From an uncultured delta proteobacterium (GTDB lineage: Bacteria > Myxococcota_A > UBA9160 > UBA4427), in contig CAWGJT010000001.1 in the NCBI GenBank assembly GCA_963822965.1, positions 160,001 through 224,000 of the forward strand: a stretch of DNA of 64,000 bases, read 5' to 3'. The notes beneath the pieces were generated by a model. The model was not told the DNA's origin. It was given only the letters and a program-made list of their open reading frames with translations, and made no database searches. Both the position numbers and the translations under genes were made by a program. This document shows, one piece after another, positions 10,195 to 25,502 of the stretch; positions within the stretch are counted from its first letter, which is position 1; every line of letters begins with the position of its first letter.

Positions 10195-11480
10195 GCCGCG
10201 ACCCGAACGAGCAGCAGAGCCCGCCCTCCCCCATGCGCATCCTCTTCATCAGCCACTACTTCCCGCCCGAGGTGAACGCGCCGGCGAGTCGTACCCACGA
10301 GCACTGTCGGGAATGGGTGCGGCAGGGGCACGAGGTCACGGTGATCACGGGGGTGCCCAACCATCCCCGCGGCGTGCTCTTCGAAGGCTATCGGAACCGG
10401 CTCCTGCAGGAGGAACGGGTGGACGGCATCCGCGTGATCCGCACCTGGATGTTCCTGTCCGCGAACGAGGGCTTCGCGCGCCGGATCGCGAACTACCTGC
10501 TCTTCGCCGTGGCCGCCGTCCTCGCGAGCTTCAAGGTTCCGCGCCCCGACCTGGTAGTCGCCACCAGCCCCCAGTTCTTCGCCGGCGTCGCGGGCATGGT
10601 GGTCTCGCGGCTGCGCCGCGCGCCCTTCGTGCTCGAGATCCGCGACCTGTGGCCCGAGTCGATCGTGCAGCTCGGCCAGATCGGACCGGGCGCCCTGCTG
10701 CGCTGCCTCGAGTGGCTGGAGACCGTTCTGTACCGGTCGGCGGCGGGCATCGTGGTCAATACCGGGACCTTCATGGACCACATCGCGGCCCGGGGAGTGC
10801 CCCGAGAGCGAATGGTGCTGGTCTACAACGGCATCGATCCGGCGCTCTTCCGCCCCCGCGCCCGGGACGACGCACTGCTGCGCAAGCACGGACTCGAGGG
10901 CAGGTACCTCGTGGCCTACATCGGAACCCTGGGCCTCGCCCACGGCGTCGCCACCCTGCTCGACGCCGCGGAGCGCCTGAAGGACCAGCCCGACGTCCAC
11001 TTCCTCATCATCGGAGACGGCGCCGCCCGCGCGAGCCTGGAAGCCGACGCGGCCCGCCGCGGCCTCTCGAACGTGACCCTCCTCGGCCTTCAGCCCCGGG
11101 CGGAGATCCCGGCGTGGATCGCGTCGATCGACCTGCTGGTGGTGCTCCTGCGCGATCTCTCGATCTTCACGTCGGTGATCCCGTCCAAGATCTTCGAGTT
11201 CTGCGCCCAGGAGCGACCCGTGATCCTGAGCACCCCGAAGGGCGAGATTCGCAGCCTGATCGAAGCCGCGGGCGCGGCGCGTTCGATCGAGCCCGAGCGA
11301 CCCGACCTGCTGGCGGAGGCCGTCCTCGCGTGCCGCCGGGAGCCCCAGGAGACCGCCGCCATGGCGCGTCGGGGCCGGGCCTGGGTCGAGGCCGGGTTCG
11401 TGCGCGACGACCTCGCAAGGCGCATGCTCTCGTTCATGGAACGTGTCGTCGCCGAGTCGTCGTCCGGGAGGATCTCGTGA
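10191..11480 (+). CDS. Glycosyltransferase family 4 (WbuB-like)
   Basis: HYFPPEVNAPA.R, GVPNHP.G, ATSPQFF, EIRDLWPES, PSKIFE; start may be the ATG about 14 codons downstream. Confidence 0.9.
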   Translation: MSRDPNEQQSPPSPMRILFISHYFPPEVNAPASRTHEHCREWVRQGHEVTVITGVPNHPRGVLFEGYRNRLLQEERVDGIRVIRTWMFLSANEGFARRIANYLLFAVAAVLASFKVPRPDLVVATSPQFFAGVAGMVVSRLRRAPFVLEIRDLWPESIVQLGQIGPGALLRCLEWLETVLYRSAAGIVVNTGTFMDHIAARGVPRERMVLVYNGIDPALFRPRARDDALLRKHGLEGRYLVAYIGTLGLAHGVATLLDAAERLKDQPDVHFLIIGDGAARASLEADAARRGLSNVTLLGLQPRAEIPAWIASIDLLVVLLRDLSIFTSVIPSKIFEFCAQERPVILSTPKGEIRSLIEAAGAARSIEPERPDLLAEAVLACRREPQETAAMARRGRAWVEAGFVRDDLARRMLSFMERVVAESSSGRIS

Positions 11481-12871
11481 GGCCGATCCTCTCGACCGTC
11501 TACTCGACGCTGCCCATCGGCCTGCAGAGCCTGGCCTGCACCGCCGACGGCTATCGCCGCGCGCTGGGGAGCTTCACCCCGTACTTCCACGAGACCCTCG
11601 AGGCCTGGGAGGAGCGCATCGCCGACCCCGTCGACGACCAACGGGAACGGCAGTGGAACCTGCTGGCGCAGCTCATCGAACGAGCGCGGGAGCACGTGCC
11701 CTACTACCGCTTCTTGCCACCCGTGGTCGACACCGGCGATCCCCAGACGTCGATCCAGAAGACCCTCGCCACGATCCCGCCCCTCGAGAAGGCGGTGTAC
11801 CGTGCCCGCAGCCGCGACTTCGTCGCACGCGACGTGCCCGCACGGCGCCTGCTCCAGCGCTCCACGAGCGGTACCACCGGGACCGCCCTGCCCGTCTGGC
11901 ACACCCCCGAGCGCATCGCCGAGGGCCTGGCCGCGGTGTGGCGGCAGCGGCGGACCTTCGGCGTTCGCATCGACGACCCGGTCATCAACTTCACCGGGCA
12001 GGTCATCGTGCCCCTCCGGCAGCAGAAGCCGCCCTTCTGGCGCCACGACTATCTCTCGGGCATGACCCTCTTCTCGATGTACCACCTCTCGCCGCCAAAC
12101 CTGAGCGCCTACATCGAGGCGATCCACAGGGCTCCCGCGACGTACATCCACGGCTACCCGTCGGTACTCCACCTGGTGAGCCGCGCGATGGTGGAGGCGA
12201 ACCGCTGCATCCCGCCGGGCCAGCTCCGGGGCGTGTTCACCCACTCCGAATCGGTGCTCGCGTTCCAGCGCGAGACGATCGAGGAGGCCTTCGGGGCGCC
12301 GGTGCGAGACTACTACCACTCCACCGAGGAGACGGTCTCCATGACGGCGTGCCGCCTGAACCGTCTGCACGTCGACATGGAGTACGGCATCGTGGAGGTG
12401 GAGCCGGTCGAGGAGACCGCGGAGTACGTTCGCGGTCCGCTCCTGGTGACCGGCATCGGCTCGGTGGCCACGCCCTTCATCCGGTACCGGATCGGAGACG
12501 TGGGCACGCAGCTCAAGCAGCCCTGCGAGTGCGGACGCCCCGGGGACGTGTTCCTCGACATCGACGGCCGCATCGAGGACTACGTGGCCACGCCCGACGG
12601 TCGGCTCGTCGGGCGACTCGATCACATCTTCAAGGAGCAGTACGAGATCGAGGAGGCGCAGATCGTGCAGGAACGCGGCGACGCCATCGAGGTGCTCGTC
12701 GTCGCGGGCACTGGGTTCGGGGAGCGGGACCGGAAGAACCTCGAGCGCGAGGTGCACGCGCGGCTGGGTGAGTGCATCCGCGTCGACATCCGACTGGTAA
12801 CGACCATCGCGCGCGAGCCGAACGGGAAGTTCCGCGCGGTGAAGTCCAAGGTGGCGGGGATCGATTCGTGA
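11477..12871 (+). CDS. Phenylacetate-CoA ligase / CapK-like adenylate-forming protein
   Basis: HVPYYR, STSGTTG, IHGYPS, PFIRYRIGD, IDGRIED, NGKFR; GTG overlaps the GT4 stop. Confidence 0.85.
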   Translation: MRPILSTVYSTLPIGLQSLACTADGYRRALGSFTPYFHETLEAWEERIADPVDDQRERQWNLLAQLIERAREHVPYYRFLPPVVDTGDPQTSIQKTLATIPPLEKAVYRARSRDFVARDVPARRLLQRSTSGTTGTALPVWHTPERIAEGLAAVWRQRRTFGVRIDDPVINFTGQVIVPLRQQKPPFWRHDYLSGMTLFSMYHLSPPNLSAYIEAIHRAPATYIHGYPSVLHLVSRAMVEANRCIPPGQLRGVFTHSESVLAFQRETIEEAFGAPVRDYYHSTEETVSMTACRLNRLHVDMEYGIVEVEPVEETAEYVRGPLLVTGIGSVATPFIRYRIGDVGTQLKQPCECGRPGDVFLDIDGRIEDYVATPDGRLVGRLDHIFKEQYEIEEAQIVQERGDAIEVLVVAGTGFGERDRKNLEREVHARLGECIRVDIRLVTTIAREPNGKFRAVKSKVAGIDS

Positions 12872-14358
12872 TCCGCGCCGCCCTCGCCCGCACCGCCGCC
12901 AGCTACGAGGGCCTCGAGGCGCCCTGGGCGCCGGACACCGCGTACCCCGAGCTCTCGGCGCTCTACGGCGACGCCCTGCGGACCGGTCCCCCGAACCCGG
13001 CCTACGCGGGGGTGCGCGCCGCGCTGCACGCGCTCGGGCTCGATCAGGCGCGCTTCGGCACCCGCGAATGGAACCCCCTGGGCGACCTGGTGCCCCGCGG
13101 CGGCACGATCGTCCTCAAGCCCAACTTCATCCGCCACTGGAACCCGCTGGAGGAAGAAGGCGTGGCCTGCGTGATCACCCACGGCGCCGTGCTGCGAGCC
13201 GCCGTCGACTACGCGGCGATCGCGGCGGGTAGCGAGGGACGGGTGACCGTCGCCGAGGCGCCGCAGATGGACTGCGATTGGGACCGCATCCGGGAGATCG
13301 CCGGCCTCGACCGGCTGGTGGCGGAGCTGGCGTCGGCGGGTCGCGCGCTGCGCGTCGTCGACCTGCGTCGCGAGGCGGCCACGTTCCAGGACGGCATCGT
13401 CGCCTCCCGCAGGGCGCTCCCGGGCGACCCCGCGGGCTATCGCGTGGTGGAGCTGGGGGAGGAGAGCTTCTTCGCGGGCTCCGGACTCGATCCGGCGCGC
13501 ATGCGGGGCGCGGACTACGACCCGGGACCCACCACGCAGCACCACCAGGACGGGCGCAACGACTACCTGCTCTCGGAGACGGTGCTGTCCGCCGATCTGG
13601 TGGTGAACCTCCCGAAGGTCAAGACGCACAAGAAGACGGGCGTGACCCTCTCCCAGAAGAATCTCGTGGGCATCAACGGCGACAAGAACTGGCTGCCGCA
13701 CCACTGCGTCGGGACCGCGCACGAAGGCGGGGACGAGTTTCCGGCGGCCCGCCTGGTCGACCGCCTGCGCAGCCGCGCCACCGAATGGGCGCGTCCGCGG
13801 CTCCAGCAGGGCAAGGGCGTACGGCTCTTCCGGTGGGTGCGGCGGGCCGAGAAGGCCACCCGGGGAGACGACTTCATCCGCGCCGGAAACTGGTACGGAA
13901 ACCGGACCACGTGGCGGATGTGCCTCGACCTGAACCGCTGCTTCCTCTACAGCGACGCCAAGGGGCTGCACCTCGACGCGCCGCGCCCCGTGCGCAAGGC
14001 GCTGCACCTGCTCGACGGAATCGTCGCGGGCGAGGACAACGGGCCCCTCGCACCCCGCGCCCGCCCGCTGGGCGCGGTGATCGCCTCCACCGACCCGGTC
14101 GCGGCCGATCTCGTGGCCGTCCGCCTGATGGGATTCGACGAGGAGCAGCTCCCGATCCTGCGCGAAGCCATGCACGAGCTCGAGTGCCCCATCACCGCCG
14201 TCCGGGACGGAGCGGACGTGGAGGTGATGGAGATCGACGCCCGGGCGGGATCCGCGGCAGGCGCGCCGGTCGCGCGCCGCCTGAATCAGATCGAAGCGCC
14301 GCAGCCCTTCGTGGCCCACCCGGGCTGGCGGGGCCGCATCGAGAGGGCCAGACGATGA
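12868..14358 (+). CDS. DUF362 domain-containing protein
   Basis: VLKPNF, THGAVLRA, NLPKVKTHKKTGVTLSQKNLVG, DGIVAGE..GP, DPVAAD. Confidence 0.8.
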   Translation: MIRAALARTAASYEGLEAPWAPDTAYPELSALYGDALRTGPPNPAYAGVRAALHALGLDQARFGTREWNPLGDLVPRGGTIVLKPNFIRHWNPLEEEGVACVITHGAVLRAAVDYAAIAAGSEGRVTVAEAPQMDCDWDRIREIAGLDRLVAELASAGRALRVVDLRREAATFQDGIVASRRALPGDPAGYRVVELGEESFFAGSGLDPARMRGADYDPGPTTQHHQDGRNDYLLSETVLSADLVVNLPKVKTHKKTGVTLSQKNLVGINGDKNWLPHHCVGTAHEGGDEFPAARLVDRLRSRATEWARPRLQQGKGVRLFRWVRRAEKATRGDDFIRAGNWYGNRTTWRMCLDLNRCFLYSDAKGLHLDAPRPVRKALHLLDGIVAGEDNGPLAPRARPLGAVIASTDPVAADLVAVRLMGFDEEQLPILREAMHELECPITAVRDGADVEVMEIDARAGSAAGAPVARRLNQIEAPQPFVAHPGWRGRIERARR

Positions 14359-16493
14359 AGCAGATCCTGCAGAGTGCGCGATCGGGCGAGCTCGAGCTGC
14401 TCGAGGTCCCGGCGCCGATGCCCCTGCGCGGGCAGGTTCTCGTGCGCAACCACTTCTCCGTGATGTCGCCGGGAACCGATCGCCTCTCGATGGCCTTCGC
14501 GCGCAGTTCGCTCTTCTCGAAAGCGCGTTCGCGGCCCGACCTGGTGAAACAGGTCGTCAGCAAGTGGAAGTCCGACGGCGCCCTCGCGACCTACCGCACC
14601 GTGACCACGCGACTCGACACCCCCCAGCCCCTCGGATACTCGTCCGCCGGCGTGGTCGAGGCGGTCGGGCCCGGCGTCACGAACTTCGCGCCCGGCGACC
14701 GCGTCGCCTGTGCGGGCGCGGGCTACGCGAACCACGCGGAGCTGGTCTGCGTGCCCGAAAACCTGGTGGCACCCGTCCCCGCGGCCGTACCCCTCGATCA
14801 GGCGGCGTTCGCGACGATGGGCGCGATCGCGCTGCAGAGCGTGCGCGTCGCCGAGCCGACCCTCGGCGAGGCGGCCGCCGTCGTCGGCCTCGGCCTGATC
14901 GGACAGCTCGGCGTCCAGCTCCTCCGCGCGAACGGCTGCCGGGTGCTGGGACTCGACCTCAACGCACGCCGGGCCAAGCAGGCCCTCGACCAGGGCGCCG
15001 AGTGGGCCGAGACGCCGGGCTCGCTGCCGAGCACGTGGAAGGAGGAGGCGACGGGCGGCCACGGCGTCGATCTCGCGCTGGTCGCGGCCTCCGCGTCCAC
15101 CTCGGCGCCCCTGCAGCTGGCCGCTCAGCTCTGTCGGCACAAGGGCCGGCTGGCGGTCGTGGGCGCCATGCCCCTCGAGATCGAGCGCCGCTCCATGTAC
15201 GACAAGGAGCTCGACCTGCGCATGAGCATGTCGTACGGACCCGGCCGCTACGACCGCAGCTACGAGGAGCTCGGAAACGACTACCCCCTGCCCTACGTGC
15301 GCTGGACCGAGAACCGCAACCTGCGCGCCTTCCTCGCCCTCATCAACTCGGGCAGCCTGCACATCGACCGGCTGGACACCCGGCTCGCGAGCTTCGACGA
15401 AGCCGTACCCGCGTACGAAGAGCTCGTCTCGGGGAAGTCGGAGAGCCTCGCCGTGGTCTTCCGATACGACGCGGAGGCGTCCACCGAACGGACGGTCTCG
15501 CTGCCCGCCCCGCGAAGGCGGCCCGCGTCCGACGTACTGGGCGTCTCGTTCGTCGGCGCCGGCAACTACGCCAAGGCCCTGCTCCTGCCGTTGCTGGATC
15601 GTCGCAACGACATCCACCGGCTGACCCTCGTGACCGCGACGGGAGCTTCCGCACGGCGAACCGCCGAGAAGTTCGGCTTCAGCGGCTGCGGCACGAACCC
15701 CGAAGCGGTCTTCAAGGACCCGAACGTGGGGCTGGTCTTCATCGCCACCCGACACGATACCCACGTCCCCCTCGCCCTGCGGGCGATGGATTCCGGCAAG
15801 GCCGTGTGGCTCGAGAAGCCGGTGGCCCTCACCCCGGAAGACCTGGAGCGGGTGACGCGGCGGGTCGTCGATCGCGGCGCCTTCCTGGCCGTGGGCTACA
15901 ACCGCCGCTTCTCCTCCCACGTGCGCGAGATCGATCGCTTCTTCGCCAATCGATCGGGCCCCCTCTCCATTCACTACAGCGTCGCGGCCGGACCGCCGCC
16001 ACGAGACACCTGGAGCATGGACCCGGAGGAAGGAGGCGGACGGGTGATCGGCGAGATCTGCCACTTCGTGGACGTCGCAAACCACCTGGTGGGGCAGCTG
16101 TGCAAGACGGTCTACGCGCGCTTCCTTGCGACCGACTCGGACGTGGACGACTCGCTGCTCTCGGTGCTCGTGTATCCCGATGGCTCGATCTGCACGCTGG
16201 AGTATCTCGCCCACTCGGACCCCGGTCTCCCCAAGGAGCGCTTCGAGGTCTCGGGCGAGGGGCGCACGGCGCGGTGCACGAACTTCCGCACGACCGAGCT
16301 CTCCGGCCGCCGCACGTTCCGCAGCCTCTCTCAGGACAAGGGACAGGCGACGGAGATCCGCGAGGTGGTGAACGCCGTGCAGAAGGGCGATCCCTCTCCC
16401 TTCACGCTGGACGAGATCGTCAACGTCTCCCGCGTGACGTTCGCGATGCTCGAGTCGGCGGCCACCGGCGCGCCCATCGCCATCGAACGCTGA
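14355..16493 (+). CDS. Bi-domain oxidoreductase (MDR dehydrogenase + Gfo/Idh/MocA), polysaccharide-locus type
   Basis: PLGYSSAG, GLGLIGQ, SYGPGRYD, YVRWTENRN, VGAGNYA, EKPVAL, VGYNRRFS, GEICHFVD. Confidence 0.9.
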   Translation: MKQILQSARSGELELLEVPAPMPLRGQVLVRNHFSVMSPGTDRLSMAFARSSLFSKARSRPDLVKQVVSKWKSDGALATYRTVTTRLDTPQPLGYSSAGVVEAVGPGVTNFAPGDRVACAGAGYANHAELVCVPENLVAPVPAAVPLDQAAFATMGAIALQSVRVAEPTLGEAAAVVGLGLIGQLGVQLLRANGCRVLGLDLNARRAKQALDQGAEWAETPGSLPSTWKEEATGGHGVDLALVAASASTSAPLQLAAQLCRHKGRLAVVGAMPLEIERRSMYDKELDLRMSMSYGPGRYDRSYEELGNDYPLPYVRWTENRNLRAFLALINSGSLHIDRLDTRLASFDEAVPAYEELVSGKSESLAVVFRYDAEASTERTVSLPAPRRRPASDVLGVSFVGAGNYAKALLLPLLDRRNDIHRLTLVTATGASARRTAEKFGFSGCGTNPEAVFKDPNVGLVFIATRHDTHVPLALRAMDSGKAVWLEKPVALTPEDLERVTRRVVDRGAFLAVGYNRRFSSHVREIDRFFANRSGPLSIHYSVAAGPPPRDTWSMDPEEGGGRVIGEICHFVDVANHLVGQLCKTVYARFLATDSDVDDSLLSVLVYPDGSICTLEYLAHSDPGLPKERFEVSGEGRTARCTNFRTTELSGRRTFRSLSQDKGQATEIREVVNAVQKGDPSPFTLDEIVNVSRVTFAMLESAATGAPIAIER

Positions 16494-16577
16494 GCGGACG
16501 CACGCGGACGGATCCCCCGGATCCGAAGGCGCTGCCCATCCGCTCCGCCCTGGCCTTGCGGAAGGCGGCCGGCGCCG

Positions 16578-17969
16578 TCAGAGGCTTCGGGCCAGCCCCG
16601 GGGAGGGCGGGGGCCTGCGAGCGCTGGCGGCGCGCTGCTCCTCGAGCCTCTCGCGCATTTGCCTGGAACGGGCGGCCAGGGAGCAGGCTTCGAGGGCGAC
16701 GGCGAAGGCGGCGGTCAGCCAGAAGTAGCGCTCCCACAGGTAGTCGTTGCCCACGTTGTGCACGAGCTGGGCAACGAGCCCGCAGAAGAAGTATGGGCGC
16801 CAGAACTCCAGCTCGGGCGAGAGGTGCCCCACCTTCACCAGGCTTCGCCGCACGACCGCGAAGAGCCAGATCATCAGGGGGACGAACCCGAGCAGCCCCG
16901 TCTCCGCGAGCACCCTCAGGTAGGCGTTGTGGGCGCTCTTGCCACCCACCCGGACGTACTCGGGGGAGTACTCCGTGAACTTTCCCCAACCCACCCCGAT
17001 GAAGGGATGCTGCGCCCAGATCTTGAAGGCTGCGACGACCCGCTCGAGGCGGCCGCCGGCGCTTCCCGTGAAGTGCCTCGCGTCGAAGCGCTGGGCGATC
17101 GCCTGGTCCGCCGAGGTCAGCGACAGGCCGTACCAGGCCGGCCCGGCAAGCAGCCCGATGACGAGCACCACGCCCGCCACCTGCCGGATCGAGAGACGCA
17201 GGGCCATGGGAAGCATGACCAGCACCCCGGCTCCCATCGCCAGGATGCCGGCGCGTGAAATGGTGAAGAGCTCGCCCAGCACGAGCACGGTCGTCGACGC
17301 CGCCGCGAAAGCACGCTGGAAGGTGGACCGCACCGACATGAACCAGCCGACGCCGAGAAAGATGACGAGAAGGAGATAGTTCGCGAAGCGGTTCACCGGA
17401 TACCCGACGCCCGTGAACCGCCACTGGGATACCTCGTAGGACCGGAACTCCGTGTCGAGGGCGGCGCCCCCCATCCTCCCGGCGTGCAGCGGGAGCAGGT
17501 GGATGCCCAGATAGAAGTCGATCATCGAGAGCAGCGTGAAGAAGGCCATCGAGAAGACCAGCGTCTTCACGAGGAGTGGCAGGTAGCGCGTCTCGCGGAA
17601 CGAGTAGGCGAAGAGGCTCATCAGGATGAAGAGCGTCGCCTTGCGGAGCCAGTCGTAGATCTGGGTCACGCCGAGGTCGACGACCGATGTGGCGTGGGCA
17701 TAGAGAAGCGCGACGATCAGCAGCGCGGCGAGCTGCTGGATGCGGGTCCCGAAGAAGGCGTGCCCCCAGCGGCCGGGATGCACCTTGACGAGGAAGATCA
17801 GGATCGGGATGAAGGTGATGGCGTTGCCGATCACCCCGAAGAGATTGTACGGGATGGCATCGAAGGGGGTCTCCATAGCGAGCATCAGCACGGGCCCGAT
17901 GGGGTGGGCAAATGCGATCGCCGTCAACACAACGCCCGCAACCAGTGCTGCGATGATGCTGCCGTTCAC
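16578..17969 (-). CDS. O-antigen ligase / Wzy-like polymerase family membrane protein
   Basis: Many TM helices, TISRAG, HPFIGVGWGKF, SAHNAYLRVLAETGLLG; GTG start at 17969 after GGGAG. Confidence 0.85.
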   Translation of the reverse strand: MNGSIIAALVAGVVLTAIAFAHPIGPVLMLAMETPFDAIPYNLFGVIGNAITFIPILIFLVKVHPGRWGHAFFGTRIQQLAALLIVALLYAHATSVVDLGVTQIYDWLRKATLFILMSLFAYSFRETRYLPLLVKTLVFSMAFFTLLSMIDFYLGIHLLPLHAGRMGGAALDTEFRSYEVSQWRFTGVGYPVNRFANYLLLVIFLGVGWFMSVRSTFQRAFAAASTTVLVLGELFTISRAGILAMGAGVLVMLPMALRLSIRQVAGVVLVIGLLAGPAWYGLSLTSADQAIAQRFDARHFTGSAGGRLERVVAAFKIWAQHPFIGVGWGKFTEYSPEYVRVGGKSAHNAYLRVLAETGLLGFVPLMIWLFAVVRRSLVKVGHLSPELEFWRPYFFCGLVAQLVHNVGNDYLWERYFWLTAAFAVALEACSLAARSRQMRERLEEQRAASARRPPPSPGLARSL

Positions 17970-18072
17970 GACTCCCTCTCCATCCCTGCAGACGGGACGA
18001 GGCGCTCGGACCGTCGCCACTCGCCGCGGACCCTTCCGGAGGGGATTGCCGCGGCGAAACCCGCGGACGGAG

Positions 18073-22885
<4,813 letters not shown>

Positions 22886-22921
22886 CCCGAAGCGGGCCAC
22901 CGCCGGCGCGCCGGGGATCGA

Positions 22922-24616
22922 TCAGGAGGCCGGTGAGACGGGCTCGGGAACGAAGCGCCAGGTTCCGCGCCGGAAGGCGTCGCTCTCGCCCACCAGGCAC
23001 CAGCGCCACGCCACGCGACCGAACTCCGGGTACGCCTCTGCGGGCTCCAGACGCCAGCGCACCTCGCCCGTGTCCGGCAACGTCACCCGCAGCGCGCTCC
23101 GCCCGCCCCCCACCCAGAGGCTCCGCGCCGCACCGGGCTCGCCCTCGAGGCGGGCGCGGCGTCCCGGGGCGAGGGGCAGCGTGAGGCGCACGGCGGCCCC
23201 ACCCTCGATCACCTCGTGCACCAGCAGCGCGCCCTCGGAGAGCTCGAAGCGGCGCCGGTGCACGACGTCGCGCGTGTCCCAGCCGATGCACTCCGCCTCG
23301 CACGCGACACCCGGCTCGTAGTCGAGCACGCCCACGATGGGCCGGCCTCCCACCCGGTGGGCCGCCCAGATCTCCGCCTGCTCCTCGCCATCGACCTCGA
23401 CGGTGGCGTGGCTTCGCGTGGCGCGAGAGGCGTCCCGACGTCTGCCGGGGACGTACTCGAACACCCCCGGATCCGTGACGACGCGCTCACCGTCGACCGA
23501 CAGCTCGAAGGACAGCGCGTCGCAGTGGGCGTGACCGGGCTGGTGCTCGGGGGCGGGACCGGCGACGGACACGATCCCGTGGAGCCGCTCGTCCGCGAGC
23601 CGCACGAAGCCCCCTCCCGCGAGACGGCCGGCCGGCTCCGGGGACACCACGGGAACGCCGAGCGCACCGGCGTAGTCGGCCAGCCGGGCGGGCCGCTGGG
23701 CGATGCCCAGGGCCGAGTCCGAGAAGAGCGCGATCTCGCCGTCGGGGTGCGTCCAGAGCTCGAGCGCCCCCGCCATGCGGGCGGCCGCGTCCACCAGCTC
23801 GTCCACCAGGCCGACCGGGACGCCGGCCGGGCGCGCACGGGCCAGGTTCAGCAGGTCGAGCACCTGCTCGAGCAGCAGCGCGTGATACATCGGGCTTCGC
23901 TCTTCGTGGCTGCCGTCCCGGTGCAGCTGGTCCCGAAGCTCCGCCCGGAAGGCGTCGCTGCGCTCGAGCCAGCGCGCCGCGGCCGGGCCTTCGAAGAGCA
24001 GACCGCCGAACACCAGGGCGAGCAGGTTGGAGAAGAGGTGATTCGCCTGAAGCCGGACCTCGAGACGAGCAGCCAGCGTATCGAGCTGGCTTGCCAGGGA
24101 GCCGCGGACGCGCCCGGATCCCTCGTCGACCAGGGTCAGGGCACCCGGCGTGAGCAGCAGCTTCCCCCACGCGAGCACGCGATGGGAGATGGGGTGCGGA
24201 TCCCAGCCGATGCCCCGGGGATGAGCCTCGATCCAGTCGAGCATGAGCTCCGCCCGCGCGAGCGGCGAGAGCCCAGGGCTCCGGGCGTGGTCGAAGTGGT
24301 GCAGGTGGTAGGAGAAGAGCGGCCCCTCCGCGTCGTAGTCCCAGTCGACACCGTCGTGGAACAGCACCTCGCGGTTGAGCAGGCGGACCGCCGTGTCCCG
24401 GCCCCGGCAGATGCACCGCGCGTGCCGCGGCGGCGGCAGGAACGGCACGGACGCCTGCTCGACCGCCAGGGGGGGCGGATCGCCGGAGAAGACCCGCGGC
24501 GCCCCCAAGCCGGGCGCGAGGGCATGGCGAAGCTGCGCCAGCGCCTGGCTCGGGCGCAGATGGCGCAGCGTGCGAAGCGCCCGCGCGGCATTCGAGAGAG
24601 CGGAACGGCCGCTCAC
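22922..24616 (-). CDS. Heparinase II/III-family (polysaccharide lyase-like) protein
   Basis: ANHLFSN, DGSHEERSPMYH, HPDGEIALFSDS, GHAHCDALSFELS, RATRSHATV; GTG overlaps the rsmI stop. Confidence 0.85.
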   Translation of the reverse strand: MSGRSALSNAARALRTLRHLRPSQALAQLRHALAPGLGAPRVFSGDPPPLAVEQASVPFLPPPRHARCICRGRDTAVRLLNREVLFHDGVDWDYDAEGPLFSYHLHHFDHARSPGLSPLARAELMLDWIEAHPRGIGWDPHPISHRVLAWGKLLLTPGALTLVDEGSGRVRGSLASQLDTLAARLEVRLQANHLFSNLLALVFGGLLFEGPAAARWLERSDAFRAELRDQLHRDGSHEERSPMYHALLLEQVLDLLNLARARPAGVPVGLVDELVDAAARMAGALELWTHPDGEIALFSDSALGIAQRPARLADYAGALGVPVVSPEPAGRLAGGGFVRLADERLHGIVSVAGPAPEHQPGHAHCDALSFELSVDGERVVTDPGVFEYVPGRRRDASRATRSHATVEVDGEEQAEIWAAHRVGGRPIVGVLDYEPGVACEAECIGWDTRDVVHRRRFELSEGALLVHEVIEGGAAVRLTLPLAPGRRARLEGEPGAARSLWVGGGRSALRVTLPDTGEVRWRLEPAEAYPEFGRVAWRWCLVGESDAFRRGTWRFVPEPVSPAS

Positions 24617-25449
24617 GCTTCCTCCTGGAGCGCGACGGCCCGGGCGTACAGATCGCGCTTCGGGCGGCCCGTCGAGGCCGCGAGACGCGCCGCGATCTCC
24701 TTCGGACGCAGCCCGGCGGCGCACAGGTCGCGGATCCGTTCATCGAGGGTCGCGTCGTCGACCTCGTTCGCCGTCTCGCCCGCCGGCGCGCCGGCGACCA
24801 CCAGCGTGATCTCACCCAGGGTGCCCTCCGCGAAGACCCGCGCCAGCTCGGACAGCGTCCCGCGACGGGCTTCCTCGTGGACCTTCGTCAGCTCGCGAGC
24901 CACGCAGGCCGGTCGCTCTCCCAGGGCTTCGGCGAGCTCGGCCAGGGTCTTCCCCAGCCGTTTCGGCGACTCGAAGAGCACCAGGGTCTCGGGCCGTGCG
25001 CGGAAGCCCGCGAGCAGCGCGCGGCGCGCCCCCGCGCGCCGGGGCAGGAAGCCCAGGAACGAGAACGGCTGGGCGGGCAGGCCCGAGACCGCGAGAGCGG
25101 CCAGCACCGCGGACGGTCCCGGCACCGCCTCGACCCGATGGCCGGCGCCGATCGCGGCCGCGACCAGCCGCTCCCCCGGGTCGGACACGAGGGGCGTCCC
25201 GGCGTCGGAGACCAGGGCCACCCGCCCGCCCCCGGCCAGCGCCGACAGCGCCCGCTCGATCCGCGACTCTTCGTTGTGGGCGTGCAGCGACAGGGGACGG
25301 GCGGCGATGCGGTGTCGCTCGAGCAGGATGCGGGTGCGCCGCGTGTCCTCGGCGAACACCAGGTCTGCCTCGGCGAGGACGCGCAGGGCCCGCAGGCTGA
25401 CGTCTTCCAGGTTGCCGATCGGCGTGGCCACCACGTGGAGGGTCCCCAT
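24613..25449 (-). CDS. rsmI: 16S rRNA (cytidine1402-2'-O)-methyltransferase
   Basis: LHVVATPIGNLEDVS.RA, AEDTR, VSDAGTP.VSDPG, FESPKR, ARELTKVHEE. Confidence 0.96.
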   Translation of the reverse strand: MGTLHVVATPIGNLEDVSLRALRVLAEADLVFAEDTRRTRILLERHRIAARPLSLHAHNEESRIERALSALAGGGRVALVSDAGTPLVSDPGERLVAAAIGAGHRVEAVPGPSAVLAALAVSGLPAQPFSFLGFLPRRAGARRALLAGFRARPETLVLFESPKRLGKTLAELAEALGERPACVARELTKVHEEARRGTLSELARVFAEGTLGEITLVVAGAPAGETANEVDDATLDERIRDLCAAGLRPKEIAARLAASTGRPKRDLYARAVALQEEA

Positions 25450-25502
25450 CGTCCCCCTGCTACCCTACGGACTTCTCCCGGTCCCGCGGAGAACCCAGGG
25501 CC

